From Myxococcota bacterium (GTDB taxonomy: Bacteria; Myxococcota_A; Polyangia; Polyangiales; Houyiibacteriaceae): DNA of 23,372 nt. Position 1 is the stretch's first letter. Each line of letters begins with the position of its first letter. The stretch spans positions 1-23,372 of the forward strand of contig JBCCEA010000050.1 in assembly GCA_039030515.1 (NCBI GenBank), read 5' to 3'. Below, piece by piece: positions 1 to 7,751 of this stretch. Made by a program: the position numbers and the translations under genes. A model generated the notes under the pieces. The model was not told the origin of the DNA. It ran no database searches and worked only from the letters and a program-made list of their open reading frames with translations.

Positions 1-14
1 CTCAACTACCACAT

Positions 15-175
15 CCCCAGGGGGTCTGGGTTTGTTCAAACAGCCAGCACCCCCCAGCACGCCTCGCTAGGCCTGAACGCCCGCTTTCCTCCCATGCTCG
101 GAACTCGAAGTAGCAGAACTACTCCTTCGTTCCTGCGCGTGCGGGGCGCTGGCCGTTAAGACCCATCGAGACGCG
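15..175. repeat. Direct repeat copy 1 (161 bp) of a non-coding mosaic palindromic element; partner at 23090-23250
   Basis: Manual ungapped alignment to 23090-23250 (offset 23075) shows 7 mismatches in 161 bp, only 2 of them in the first 136 bp. Contains hairpin GAAGTAG-cagaa-CTACTCC. Confidence 0.95.
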
Positions 176-264
176 CTGGGCCGAGGAGGAGGAGGGTACT
201 TAAGGTACCTGACGACGACGAGCGAGGAGGAAAGCAGCTGTTTGGGCCGACATAGGCCCTCTGG
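176..264 (-). repeat. Diverged, inverted copy of the palindromic module
   Basis: 232-264 is the reverse complement of 23253-23285 (32/33). The central hairpin here is GGGTAC-ttaag-GTACCT, at the position where other copies have AGTAG-N5-CTACT. Confidence 0.8.
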
Positions 265-268
265 GAGG

Positions 269-637
269 TTAATTCGTTTCTAGGATCCTAGAAACCCCAC
301 TAGCTGAATGGGTGAGCAGCGCGTCTCGAGCCATGCCTCCTCCCGTACAGGCGAGAAATAGCTTCTGACCGAGCAGCGAGAGCGGGAGCACTTCGATATC
401 GGCTCCTTCGAGCAAGGGAGGTACCGGAATCGAAAATGAGTGGCCAGAAAACACAGGCGCTAGGGCACCAAGCTCGGAACATACCGCCTCGTCACCCGCA
501 TGAGCCACGACGAGACCGTATCCATCGGCCAAGACCAACGCTTCCAATCCTCCGCGGTGACGCGTGTGCTCGAGCTGGTAGCGAAGGGCAACGGCACGCT
601 CCTCACTTCGACGGGTTCGACGCTCATCGTCTGACAC
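269..637 (-). CDS. Roadblock/LC7-like (MglB-like) small protein
   Basis: ~122 aa with the roadblock-type pattern 'GLEALVLADGYGLVVA'. GTG at 637 follows an AAGAGG RBS-like site; the ORF track uses TTG at 643. Confidence 0.7.
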   Translation of the reverse strand: MSDDERRTRRSEERAVALRYQLEHTRHRGGLEALVLADGYGLVVAHAGDEAVCSELGALAPVFSGHSFSIPVPPLLEGADIEVLPLSLLGQKLFLACTGGGMARDALLTHSASGVSRILETN

Positions 638-892
638 AACCAAAACCTCTTATGTAGTACAAAGGAATACATCACCGTATATTGACCTTCATCAAAAAAT
701 CAAGAATCGAACCTCGAAACCGCCACGGTTGACGGACCAGAGGACGGGAACCGGACGCCTTCTTTTGCACGGCTCCCTCGCCTGCCGAAGACCCTCGACT
801 GGGCAGCGATCGCGGATAAACGCATACCTTCTTTCGCTTTGCAAAATTCGTTGTTGGGGTCTGCTCCGTTCATACTGCTATGGTCTACCCGC

Positions 893-2047
893 ATGGGACT
901 TCGGTCAGTTCTGGACAACCACCGCATCGTCGTGTGTATCGGGAGCGGCGGAGTAGGCAAAACGACAACAGCCGCAGCGCTTGCGTTGGATGCAGCGCTG
1001 AACGGTCGGCGGGTGCTTTGCCTTACCATCGATCCGGCTAGGAGACTGGCGAACAGTCTCGGGCTTACCGAAATGACGACCAGCGAGCAGCGAGTCGAAA
1101 CGGCGCTCTTCACGCGGCATGGGCTGAAGCCGCAAGGAAGCCTTTCTGCGATGATGCTCGACGCAAAGCAGACCTTCGACGAACTCGTCATTCAATATGC
1201 GTCGTCCGCCGCCGCACGCGATCAGATCTTGAACAACCGCCTCTATCAATACGTCAGCGCATCTTTGGCGGGAACGCAAGAGTACATGGCGATGGAAAAG
1301 TTACATGCAGTACGTCAGAATCAGGAATGGGATCTGATCGTGCTCGACACGCCTCCTACCTCCAACGCACTCGACTTTTTGCAGGCTCCGGAACGCCTCG
1401 TCTCCGCGATCGACTCGGGAGCGATGCGTTGGTTTCTGGAGTCGTTTGAGGGCGCAAAAAAAACTTCACTCGGTCTCGTTGGACGAGGCACTGGAGCACT
1501 GCTGCGTGGCCTCTCCCGATTTACCGGAGTTGATTTTTTGAGACAGATCGCCGAATTCGTGACCGGCTTGAACGATCTATTTGGAGGTTTTCGGCAGCGC
1601 GCCGAGGAGGTCGCCAAGACCCTTCGAACTGATGAGGTCACATTCGTCCTCGTGACCAGTCCTGCACCGCTCGCGGTTCGTGAGGCGATCTTCTTCGAAG
1701 AGAAGCTCCGCCATGCGGGAATGCGTCGCGGAGGCGTAGTGATCAACGGCGTCCACGCTCTACTCAGAGAACCGAACGCTTCTGATGAGCAACTAAAGGG
1801 GGAGCTTCAGCGCTTACTCCATCCCGCGGACTCGGCAGATCGCGCCCTCCGTAAAATGAAGCAGAGCCTCGATGATGAGCGCGTTCGCGGAGTCGCCGAC
1901 CGTATCCAGACCGAGTGGTTGCGAGCGCAGATCGGCACTGACGTTTGCTATGTCGAAGTACCGGCGTTCGAGAAGGATGTTCACGATTTAGGGGCGCTTT
2001 CCAGAGTCTCTGACTATCTGAGCGGCGCGCGCGTACTCGGGGCATAA
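893..2047 (+). CDS. ArsA/Get3-family (anion-transporting ATPase-like) protein, single ATPase domain
   Basis: GSGGVGKTT P-loop, 'TIDPARRLANSLG', 'GTQEYMAMEKL' and 'DLIVLDTPP' motifs. ATG at 893 is preferred over TTG at 839. Confidence 0.9.
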   Translation: MGLRSVLDNHRIVVCIGSGGVGKTTTAAALALDAALNGRRVLCLTIDPARRLANSLGLTEMTTSEQRVETALFTRHGLKPQGSLSAMMLDAKQTFDELVIQYASSAAARDQILNNRLYQYVSASLAGTQEYMAMEKLHAVRQNQEWDLIVLDTPPTSNALDFLQAPERLVSAIDSGAMRWFLESFEGAKKTSLGLVGRGTGALLRGLSRFTGVDFLRQIAEFVTGLNDLFGGFRQRAEEVAKTLRTDEVTFVLVTSPAPLAVREAIFFEEKLRHAGMRRGGVVINGVHALLREPNASDEQLKGELQRLLHPADSADRALRKMKQSLDDERVRGVADRIQTEWLRAQIGTDVCYVEVPAFEKDVHDLGALSRVSDYLSGARVLGA

Positions 2048-2103
2048 ATCCGGTCTGTTCTATTCGTAAGCGGTCGAGCGACCTGCTAGGTGCGCCGTCG
2101 GAC

Positions 2104-3633
2104 ATGCGTGATTCAAAAAGGGCGCCAGGGTCATCTCAGAAACCAGGGTCATCTCAGAAACCAGGGTCATCTCAGAAACTGGGACCGGAGATCATCGCCG
2201 TGGTTCTCGCCGCGGGGCAGGGAACCCGTATGAAAAGCCGCACGCCGAAGGTGCTCCACGAGGTAGCGGAGCGACCCTTGGTGTCCTGGGTGCTGCACGC
2301 CGCCCATCAAGCAGGGGTTGCGAGGACTTGCGCGGTCCTCGGACACGATCGCGAGCGTGTGAAGGCCCGACTCCAAAACTGCATCGACAGGCTCTCACTC
2401 GAGTTCGCCTACCAAGAGGAGCAAGTTGGAACCGGGCACGCCGTCCGCTGTGCACTCGCCTCGATCGCAGCCCGCAAAGCCAATGATGCGAATCCATGGA
2501 TTCTAATTCTGTACGGTGATTGCCCTCTGATCCGCTCGGAGCAACTACGCAGGCTCGTCCGAGAGACCTCGAAGTCAGGCAGTGATCTCGGTTTATTCAC
2601 CTGCGTGGTAGAAAACCCGGGCGCCTACGGCAGAATCCTCCGTCAAGGAGGCCGAGTGATCGGCATTAGGGAATACAAAGACTGCACGGAGCGAGAGCGA
2701 GAGATTCGCGAGGTCAACCCCGGTGTGTACCTGGTCCGGCGTTCGTTTCTTGAGCAAGCGATCGATGCGCTCACCAGCGACAACGTACAGGGAGAGCTTT
2801 ACCTCACCGACATCGTAGAAGCTGCGGCTCGAGCATCTGGAGCGCACGATATTCAGGCGCCGATGACCGAATTCTTCGGCGTCAACGATCGCGCGGATCT
2901 TGCTGTATGCGAGCAAGAAATGCAGTCCAGAATCGTGGCGCAGCATCAACACGCGGGAGTGACGTTTCGATCACCGAAAAACGTTTTTGTCGGTGCAGAG
3001 GTTAAAATTGCACCAGACGTCACCATAGAAGCAGGAGTCGAACTTCGGGGGCAAACCGTGATCGAGTCAGGCGCTCATATCGAGACGGGTACCATTCTAT
3101 CGAACGCAACGGTTCGGCAGAACGCACATCTCAAGCCTTACTGCGTCGTAGCTGAAAGCGAAGTCGGAGAGCACGCCTCAGTGGGCCCCTTTGCCCACCT
3201 TCGTTCCGGCACCGTGCTCGGCTCGAGCAGCAAGATCGGTAACTTCGTCGAGACCAAGAAGACGACCCTGGGCAAAGAAAGCAAAGCCGGTCATCTAGCC
3301 TACCTTGGAGACGGCATGATCGGCGAACGCGTGAACATCGGCGCCGGAACGATCTTTTGCAACTATGACGGCATCCAAAAACACACTACGGTGCTGGAAG
3401 ACGACGTATTTATCGGTAGCGACAGCCAACTCGTCGCCCCCATCACGGTGAAGCGAGGCGCATATGTAGCGAGCGGAAGCACGGTGACCCGCGACGTTCC
3501 GAGCGATGCGCTGGCGATTTCTCGGGTCAAGCAGGACAACAAAGAGGGCTACGCATCGAGACTCCGAGCGCGGTTCAAGGGAAGCCAGACCCCCGAGGAC
3601 GCGAATTCGAAGACTGAAAAGCCGTCAAAATAG
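2104..3633 (+). CDS. glmU: Bifunctional UDP-N-acetylglucosamine pyrophosphorylase / glucosamine-1-phosphate N-acetyltransferase
   Basis: LAAGQGTRMKS...PKVLH, GTGHAV, YGDCPL, YGRI, ELYLTD, GVNDR, GPFAHLR, GNFVETK, HLAYLGD, NIGAGTIFCNYDG and FIGSDSQLVAP motifs; hexapeptide repeats. Confidence 0.98.
   Translation: MRDSKRAPGSSQKPGSSQKPGSSQKLGPEIIAVVLAAGQGTRMKSRTPKVLHEVAERPLVSWVLHAAHQAGVARTCAVLGHDRERVKARLQNCIDRLSLEFAYQEEQVGTGHAVRCALASIAARKANDANPWILILYGDCPLIRSEQLRRLVRETSKSGSDLGLFTCVVENPGAYGRILRQGGRVIGIREYKDCTEREREIREVNPGVYLVRRSFLEQAIDALTSDNVQGELYLTDIVEAAARASGAHDIQAPMTEFFGVNDRADLAVCEQEMQSRIVAQHQHAGVTFRSPKNVFVGAEVKIAPDVTIEAGVELRGQTVIESGAHIETGTILSNATVRQNAHLKPYCVVAESEVGEHASVGPFAHLRSGTVLGSSSKIGNFVETKKTTLGKESKAGHLAYLGDGMIGERVNIGAGTIFCNYDGIQKHTTVLEDDVFIGSDSQLVAPITVKRGAYVASGSTVTRDVPSDALAISRVKQDNKEGYASRLRARFKGSQTPEDANSKTEKPSK
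2125..2178 (+). repeat. 3 x 18-bp perfect tandem repeat CCAGGGTCATCTCAGAAA (PGSSQK) in the GlmU N-terminal extension
   Basis: Read directly: 2125-2142, 2143-2160 and 2161-2178 are identical. Confidence 0.97.
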
Positions 3634-3718
3634 ACTCTACGGGCGATAGATACGTGCAAGGGCGGCTACATCCCGGAGCGATGGCCGGCAAGGCGCCTCG
3701 CTCGATCGGAACGCGCGT

Positions 3719-5464
3719 CTACCTCAGGTGCTCAGAGCTCGAGGCACGTGCGGTAGCGGGGGCAAAGCGCTCATTTCCGGGGCTGCGTACCAGAAGCCGA
3801 TAGAGGCCTACGGGGAGATCGGAGGGCACACCAAAGGCCGCACGAAACCAGCCATGTTCACGGCTCACGGTGACTCCCAAGAGCCGTTCTTCGGGGCCAC
3901 GTACGAGGACCTCGATTCGAAAACCGGCGAGCCCGGCACCGCGACTGTCGCGAGCACGCCCATCTATCTGCAGGGTACGACCTCGAAACACATCGTATTC
4001 GTCGCGATCGAGCTCAAGGATCAGCGCTTGCCTCTGTTCCTGTGCGCCTGTGTCCACCTGAGACCCGTACCCCACCTGAGACCCGTGCCCGGAGTCCAGG
4101 ACGCCGTTCGATTCACCAGAAACAAGATCCGCCGCCGAAGCCGCTTCGGAACGCATCTCGCGCTCTTCACGAGTCAAGCGCGGGTCGTCACGTCCGATCA
4201 AGCCCGCGATCCGAAGGGATCGAAGGTAGGACTCAGGTTGAGGGAGCGGATCCGAAAAACGCGCTCGGTACCTCGGCGCGTCCGACCGTCGAGGCCGTCC
4301 AGACGTGGAGGTCGCTCCGCCCAGACCGATACGCATCCATCCGAGCTCGTTTGAGAGGTACACCTCCACCCAGGCATGGACTTCATTGTGGACAAAGCGG
4401 GTTGGAATCCCCAGCGCCATCGAAGTCACCATAAAGGCATAGGCTCGATGTCGGCACACGCCCATCTTACCTCGAGCGAGATCTAGATAGATGTCCCCAC
4501 TGTTCCCGGAGGATGCATCCGTTTCCTCAAACGAGCGAAAATATCCGGTGAGCACTTCGAGAGTTCGGCGCAGGCCGTCACCACGCGACAGGCCCAGTTC
4601 ACCAGAAAATCGAAGAGCCCTTCGCTTGATGCTCGCCGGCAGCTCCGCAATGCGATCCGCATGGGTATCCGCCGGGATCTCAGGAATGGGATGATTGAAA
4701 TAGGACTGCGGAGCGTCCATCAAGTAGACAATCCGTACGAGCCCGACTCCGTCAGCACCGGCCACGGCATAAAAGTTACCGGCGCCATCGCGGCGGAGCT
4801 CGACCGGTGAGGGGGGATCGACCTCAAAGGAGATCACTCGGGAATCCGGAGAAACCGAGGGAAGCGCGGCGGTCTGACCGGATTCAAAGTCCACCACAAC
4901 ACTGCCCCAGAAATGGTCCCGCAAAGAAGGGTTGTTCTGGGCTTGACGATCGGTCTGAGTGCCTCCTCTTCGAAGAGAGGTGTCGTCACCCAAAGCGGGC
5001 GGCACGGCAGTTTCTGCGCTTTGCAACTCGAGCACTGGGGTGACGCCATCACGACCGAGCACCACCGCATCGAGACCCACGACTCGCTTGTAGGGAGCGA
5101 TAGTCGGCGTAAATACGGAATCGTAACTTCCAGGCTCGACCAGTTCTGTCCGCCGGTCCGGCCGAAACCGCGGCAAGGGCCTGCTCCGGGGCTCCGAGCC
5201 GGGCAACCCCCACAACACCTGCTCGCCGGTGCGCAGTGGTCCACCGCTTGGGGCAAGAAGAATTTCACCGTCGTATACGATCGCTTCTGGGAGCTCCGTC
5301 GAATCTCCTTCGACTCCGTAAAACCGCTCATCGAGTGGCTGATCTGCAGAAATCTCCGGGAGGTATTCATGGAGCACGGGAGGTGGCGGAGCGCTCTCTT
5401 CGCCACGAATGATGGCGGCCCCCCAAAACCAGTAGACCGCACACCCTGCCCACAAACAAAACAT
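3719..5464 (-). CDS. Transglutaminase-like domain protein, probably exported or membrane-anchored
   Basis: 'GVCRHRAYAF...LGIPTRFV..EVHAWVEV...GWMRIGLGG' transglutaminase-like core and a hydrophobic N-terminus. The start is uncertain. Confidence 0.85.
   Translation of the reverse strand: MFCLWAGCAVYWFWGAAIIRGEESAPPPPVLHEYLPEISADQPLDERFYGVEGDSTELPEAIVYDGEILLAPSGGPLRTGEQVLWGLPGSEPRSRPLPRFRPDRRTELVEPGSYDSVFTPTIAPYKRVVGLDAVVLGRDGVTPVLELQSAETAVPPALGDDTSLRRGGTQTDRQAQNNPSLRDHFWGSVVVDFESGQTAALPSVSPDSRVISFEVDPPSPVELRRDGAGNFYAVAGADGVGLVRIVYLMDAPQSYFNHPIPEIPADTHADRIAELPASIKRRALRFSGELGLSRGDGLRRTLEVLTGYFRSFEETDASSGNSGDIYLDLARGKMGVCRHRAYAFMVTSMALGIPTRFVHNEVHAWVEVYLSNELGWMRIGLGGATSTSGRPRRSDAPRYRARFSDPLPQPESYLRSLRIAGLIGRDDPRLTREEREMRSEAASAADLVSGESNGVLDSGHGSQVGYGSQVDTGAQEQRQALILELDRDEYDVFRGRTLQIDGRARDSRGAGLAGFRIEVLVRGPEERLLGVTVSREHGWFRAAFGVPSDLPVGLYRLLVRSPGNERFAPATARASSSEHLR
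4054..4089 (-). repeat. 2 x 18-bp tandem repeat (GHGSQV/GYGSQV) in a linker of the transglutaminase-like gene
   Basis: CCACCTGAGACCCGTACC followed by CCACCTGAGACCCGTGCC (17/18). Confidence 0.9.
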
Positions 5465-5591
5465 CCACCACCAGGGATCGGCACCCGATTTGACGGGCCG
5501 TTCTTTCTTGGACGAAGGGCTATTTTTTATCGGATCGATGACAGATGCCTGCTTGTGTGTGTGGTCTGTGCCACTATTCTCTGAGGTCTAC

Positions 5592-6635
5592 ATGGGAATT
5601 GCGCTTGCGATACTCGGTCTTACGATCCTCGTGATCGTACACGAAAGTGGCCACTACCTCGTGGCGCGCGCTCTCGGTATGAGGGTCTTGCGATACAGCA
5701 TCGGGATCGGGCCTACGATATTCCGCTACCGGCCTAAGGGTAGCTCAACGGTGTTTCAACTCGCCGCGATTCCGTTTCTGGCCTACGTCCAAATCGCGGG
5801 CATGAATCCCCAAGAGGAGTTCGACCCCGAAGATCCAGAAGTGTTTCCCAACAAAAGCGTGTTTGCCCGCATCGCGGTCATCGCAGCTGGCCCCGCCGCC
5901 AACTACCTCTTCGCCTCACTGGTCTGTTTCGGCATGGTGCTTTACGCCGATCCCGGTTGGCCGATCGAGCCGGTCACCCCGGTTCAAGTCGGCGCCGTAA
6001 TGGACTCTACTCCCGCTGAAGAAGCGGGACTTCAACCGGGCGATGTCATCCTGCGAGCCAACGGTGAAACGGTGAGGGACTTCATGCACCTTATCGAGAT
6101 CACCGAACCACGAGCGGGGCAACCGACCGAATACGTAGTCAAGCGAGGTGGAGCCCTCGCGCCTCCCATCTTGATCACTCCGGCGGAGCGAGGTGATGGG
6201 GAGCGCAGTGTTGGCAGGATAGGAGTAGAGCCCCTGCGAGGCGCCACCTATTCGGGTTGGTCTGGCGCCGCTGAGGCCGCCTTGGTGCTTCCTATGCAGC
6301 TGACGGCGCTTCAGCTCGAGGGCATGGCCAATATGGTGCAGAGCGCGAACACCTCCGGACTGGTCGGACCCGTTGGAATGGTCAAACTCACCGCAAAGCA
6401 GGCGGAACAAGGAGCAGATCGGCTGGTCAACGTGCTGATGGTGCTTTCCGTGGCGCTCGGCTTATTCAATCTGCTGCCTATTCCTGCTCTCGATGGAGGC
6501 CGGTTGATGTTTCTGGCCTACGAGGTGGTGACCCGAAAGCCGCCCAACGAGCGATTCGAAGCGACAGTGCACACCATTGGGATTCTCGTGCTGCTTTGCG
6601 TGATCGCCCTCGTGACCTTTCGAGAGCTCGGCTAA
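5592..6635 (+). CDS. RseP-like site-2 intramembrane zinc metalloprotease (M50B) with one PDZ domain
   Basis: HESGH zinc motif in TM1, 'YSIGIGP', 'AAGPAANY', PDZ 'TPAEEAGLQPGDVI' and 'NLLPIPALDGG'. ATG at 5592 follows GAGG; the ORF-track start at 5490 is probably too long. Confidence 0.93.
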   Translation: MGIALAILGLTILVIVHESGHYLVARALGMRVLRYSIGIGPTIFRYRPKGSSTVFQLAAIPFLAYVQIAGMNPQEEFDPEDPEVFPNKSVFARIAVIAAGPAANYLFASLVCFGMVLYADPGWPIEPVTPVQVGAVMDSTPAEEAGLQPGDVILRANGETVRDFMHLIEITEPRAGQPTEYVVKRGGALAPPILITPAERGDGERSVGRIGVEPLRGATYSGWSGAAEAALVLPMQLTALQLEGMANMVQSANTSGLVGPVGMVKLTAKQAEQGADRLVNVLMVLSVALGLFNLLPIPALDGGRLMFLAYEVVTRKPPNERFEATVHTIGILVLLCVIALVTFRELG

Positions 6636-6639
6636 ACGC

Positions 6640-7557
6640 ATGACTGTAACGGGACGAGGCCCCCTCGCAGACGGTACCGAACTCCATCTACCTGAGCAGC
6701 AACGCCTCCGAGCCAACGATCTCGATCACGCGGTGCTTCGCTGGAAAGGTTCCGGCCCGAACGTACTGCTGTGTCACGGCTACCTCGACATGGGCTTCAG
6801 CTGGACCTCCGTCGCGACGCGTCTCCAGCGCTGCGGGTACGATACCGCGGCGTTCGACTGGCGTGGACACGGAACGACAGAATGGGTGGGCGCAGGGGGC
6901 TACTATCATTTTCCGGATTACGTGCTCGATCTACATGAGCTCACCCAGAAACTCTTCGGTGGAGAAGAATACCATCTAGTGGGCCACTCGATGGGTGGCA
7001 GCATCGCCTGCATGTTTGCCTCCACGCTCCCGATCGGACTGCGCACTCTGACGACGATCGAGGGTCTCGGACCGCCGGATGAAAACGCCGACCATCCGGT
7101 CGACCGTCTCAAGACCTGGATTCGCACGGTCGAAGGACTGCGCAAGTCTGATCAGCGTGCTGCGATCAAAGACGTCGATGAAGCCGTGCGACGTATGCGG
7201 GTGCGTAACCCTACCCTGCCGGACAAGCTCGGACGGTTTCTCGCGGAGCAGGGAACCAAGCTGAATTCTTCAGGTAGCCGTGAGTGGACATTCGATCCGC
7301 TGCACCGCAGCCGGGCCCCGATTCCTTTTCGTAAAGACATGTTCCTTCAATGCCTGGACCGAATTGCTGTGCCGACTCTGGTTGTTGGCAGTTCAAACGG
7401 GTTTCGTCTCAGTGACGAGCAAGAACGGATCGATCACATAGAGGACACCACCGTGGTCGAGATCCAGGACGTCGGACACATGGTTCATTGGTTTGCGGCT
7501 GAGGAGCTCGCGAGCGCGATCGACAAGCATATACGGCGCAGCGCAAAAGCGACCTGA
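6640..7557 (+). CDS. Alpha/beta fold hydrolase
   Basis: 'LLCHGYLD', 'DWRGHG', nucleophile elbow GHSMGG and C-terminal 'GHMVH'. Starts 4 nt after the M50 protease stop. Confidence 0.92.
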   Translation: MTVTGRGPLADGTELHLPEQQRLRANDLDHAVLRWKGSGPNVLLCHGYLDMGFSWTSVATRLQRCGYDTAAFDWRGHGTTEWVGAGGYYHFPDYVLDLHELTQKLFGGEEYHLVGHSMGGSIACMFASTLPIGLRTLTTIEGLGPPDENADHPVDRLKTWIRTVEGLRKSDQRAAIKDVDEAVRRMRVRNPTLPDKLGRFLAEQGTKLNSSGSREWTFDPLHRSRAPIPFRKDMFLQCLDRIAVPTLVVGSSNGFRLSDEQERIDHIEDTTVVEIQDVGHMVHWFAAEELASAIDKHIRRSAKAT

Positions 7558-7751
7558 ACGCGATCGTCCGAGCGCCCGATGGAGTCATAGCTGAGCAGAG
7601 CTCTGCCGCACGCAGCTCGGGGGCCGATTGACGCCGCCTGGTATTGAGGCGACCATCAATGGGCATCTGGGGTCATGCGCGGAGGGTTCACCGCGTTGTT
7701 GGGGAACTCATCCGTTTGGGGCGTCACTGGTTTTCTGGAGGGGGAAATCCA

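Noticed and set aside
1..264. Terminal repeats as a CRISPR array
   Set aside because: There is no regular repeat-spacer periodicity, copies are in mixed orientation, and there are no cas genes.
644..892. Specific promoter boxes in the AT-rich divergent intergenic region
   Set aside because: Promoters are likely here, but I could not assign a convincing -35/-10 or sigma-54 pair.
839..2047. Arsenic resistance locus
   Set aside because: It is a single-domain ATPase with no arsB/acr3, arsC, arsD or arsR nearby.
3728..5584. Plus-strand ORFs of 208 and 223 aa and a minus-strand 216-aa ORF
   Set aside because: They overlap the motif-supported transglutaminase-like gene and have no independent support.
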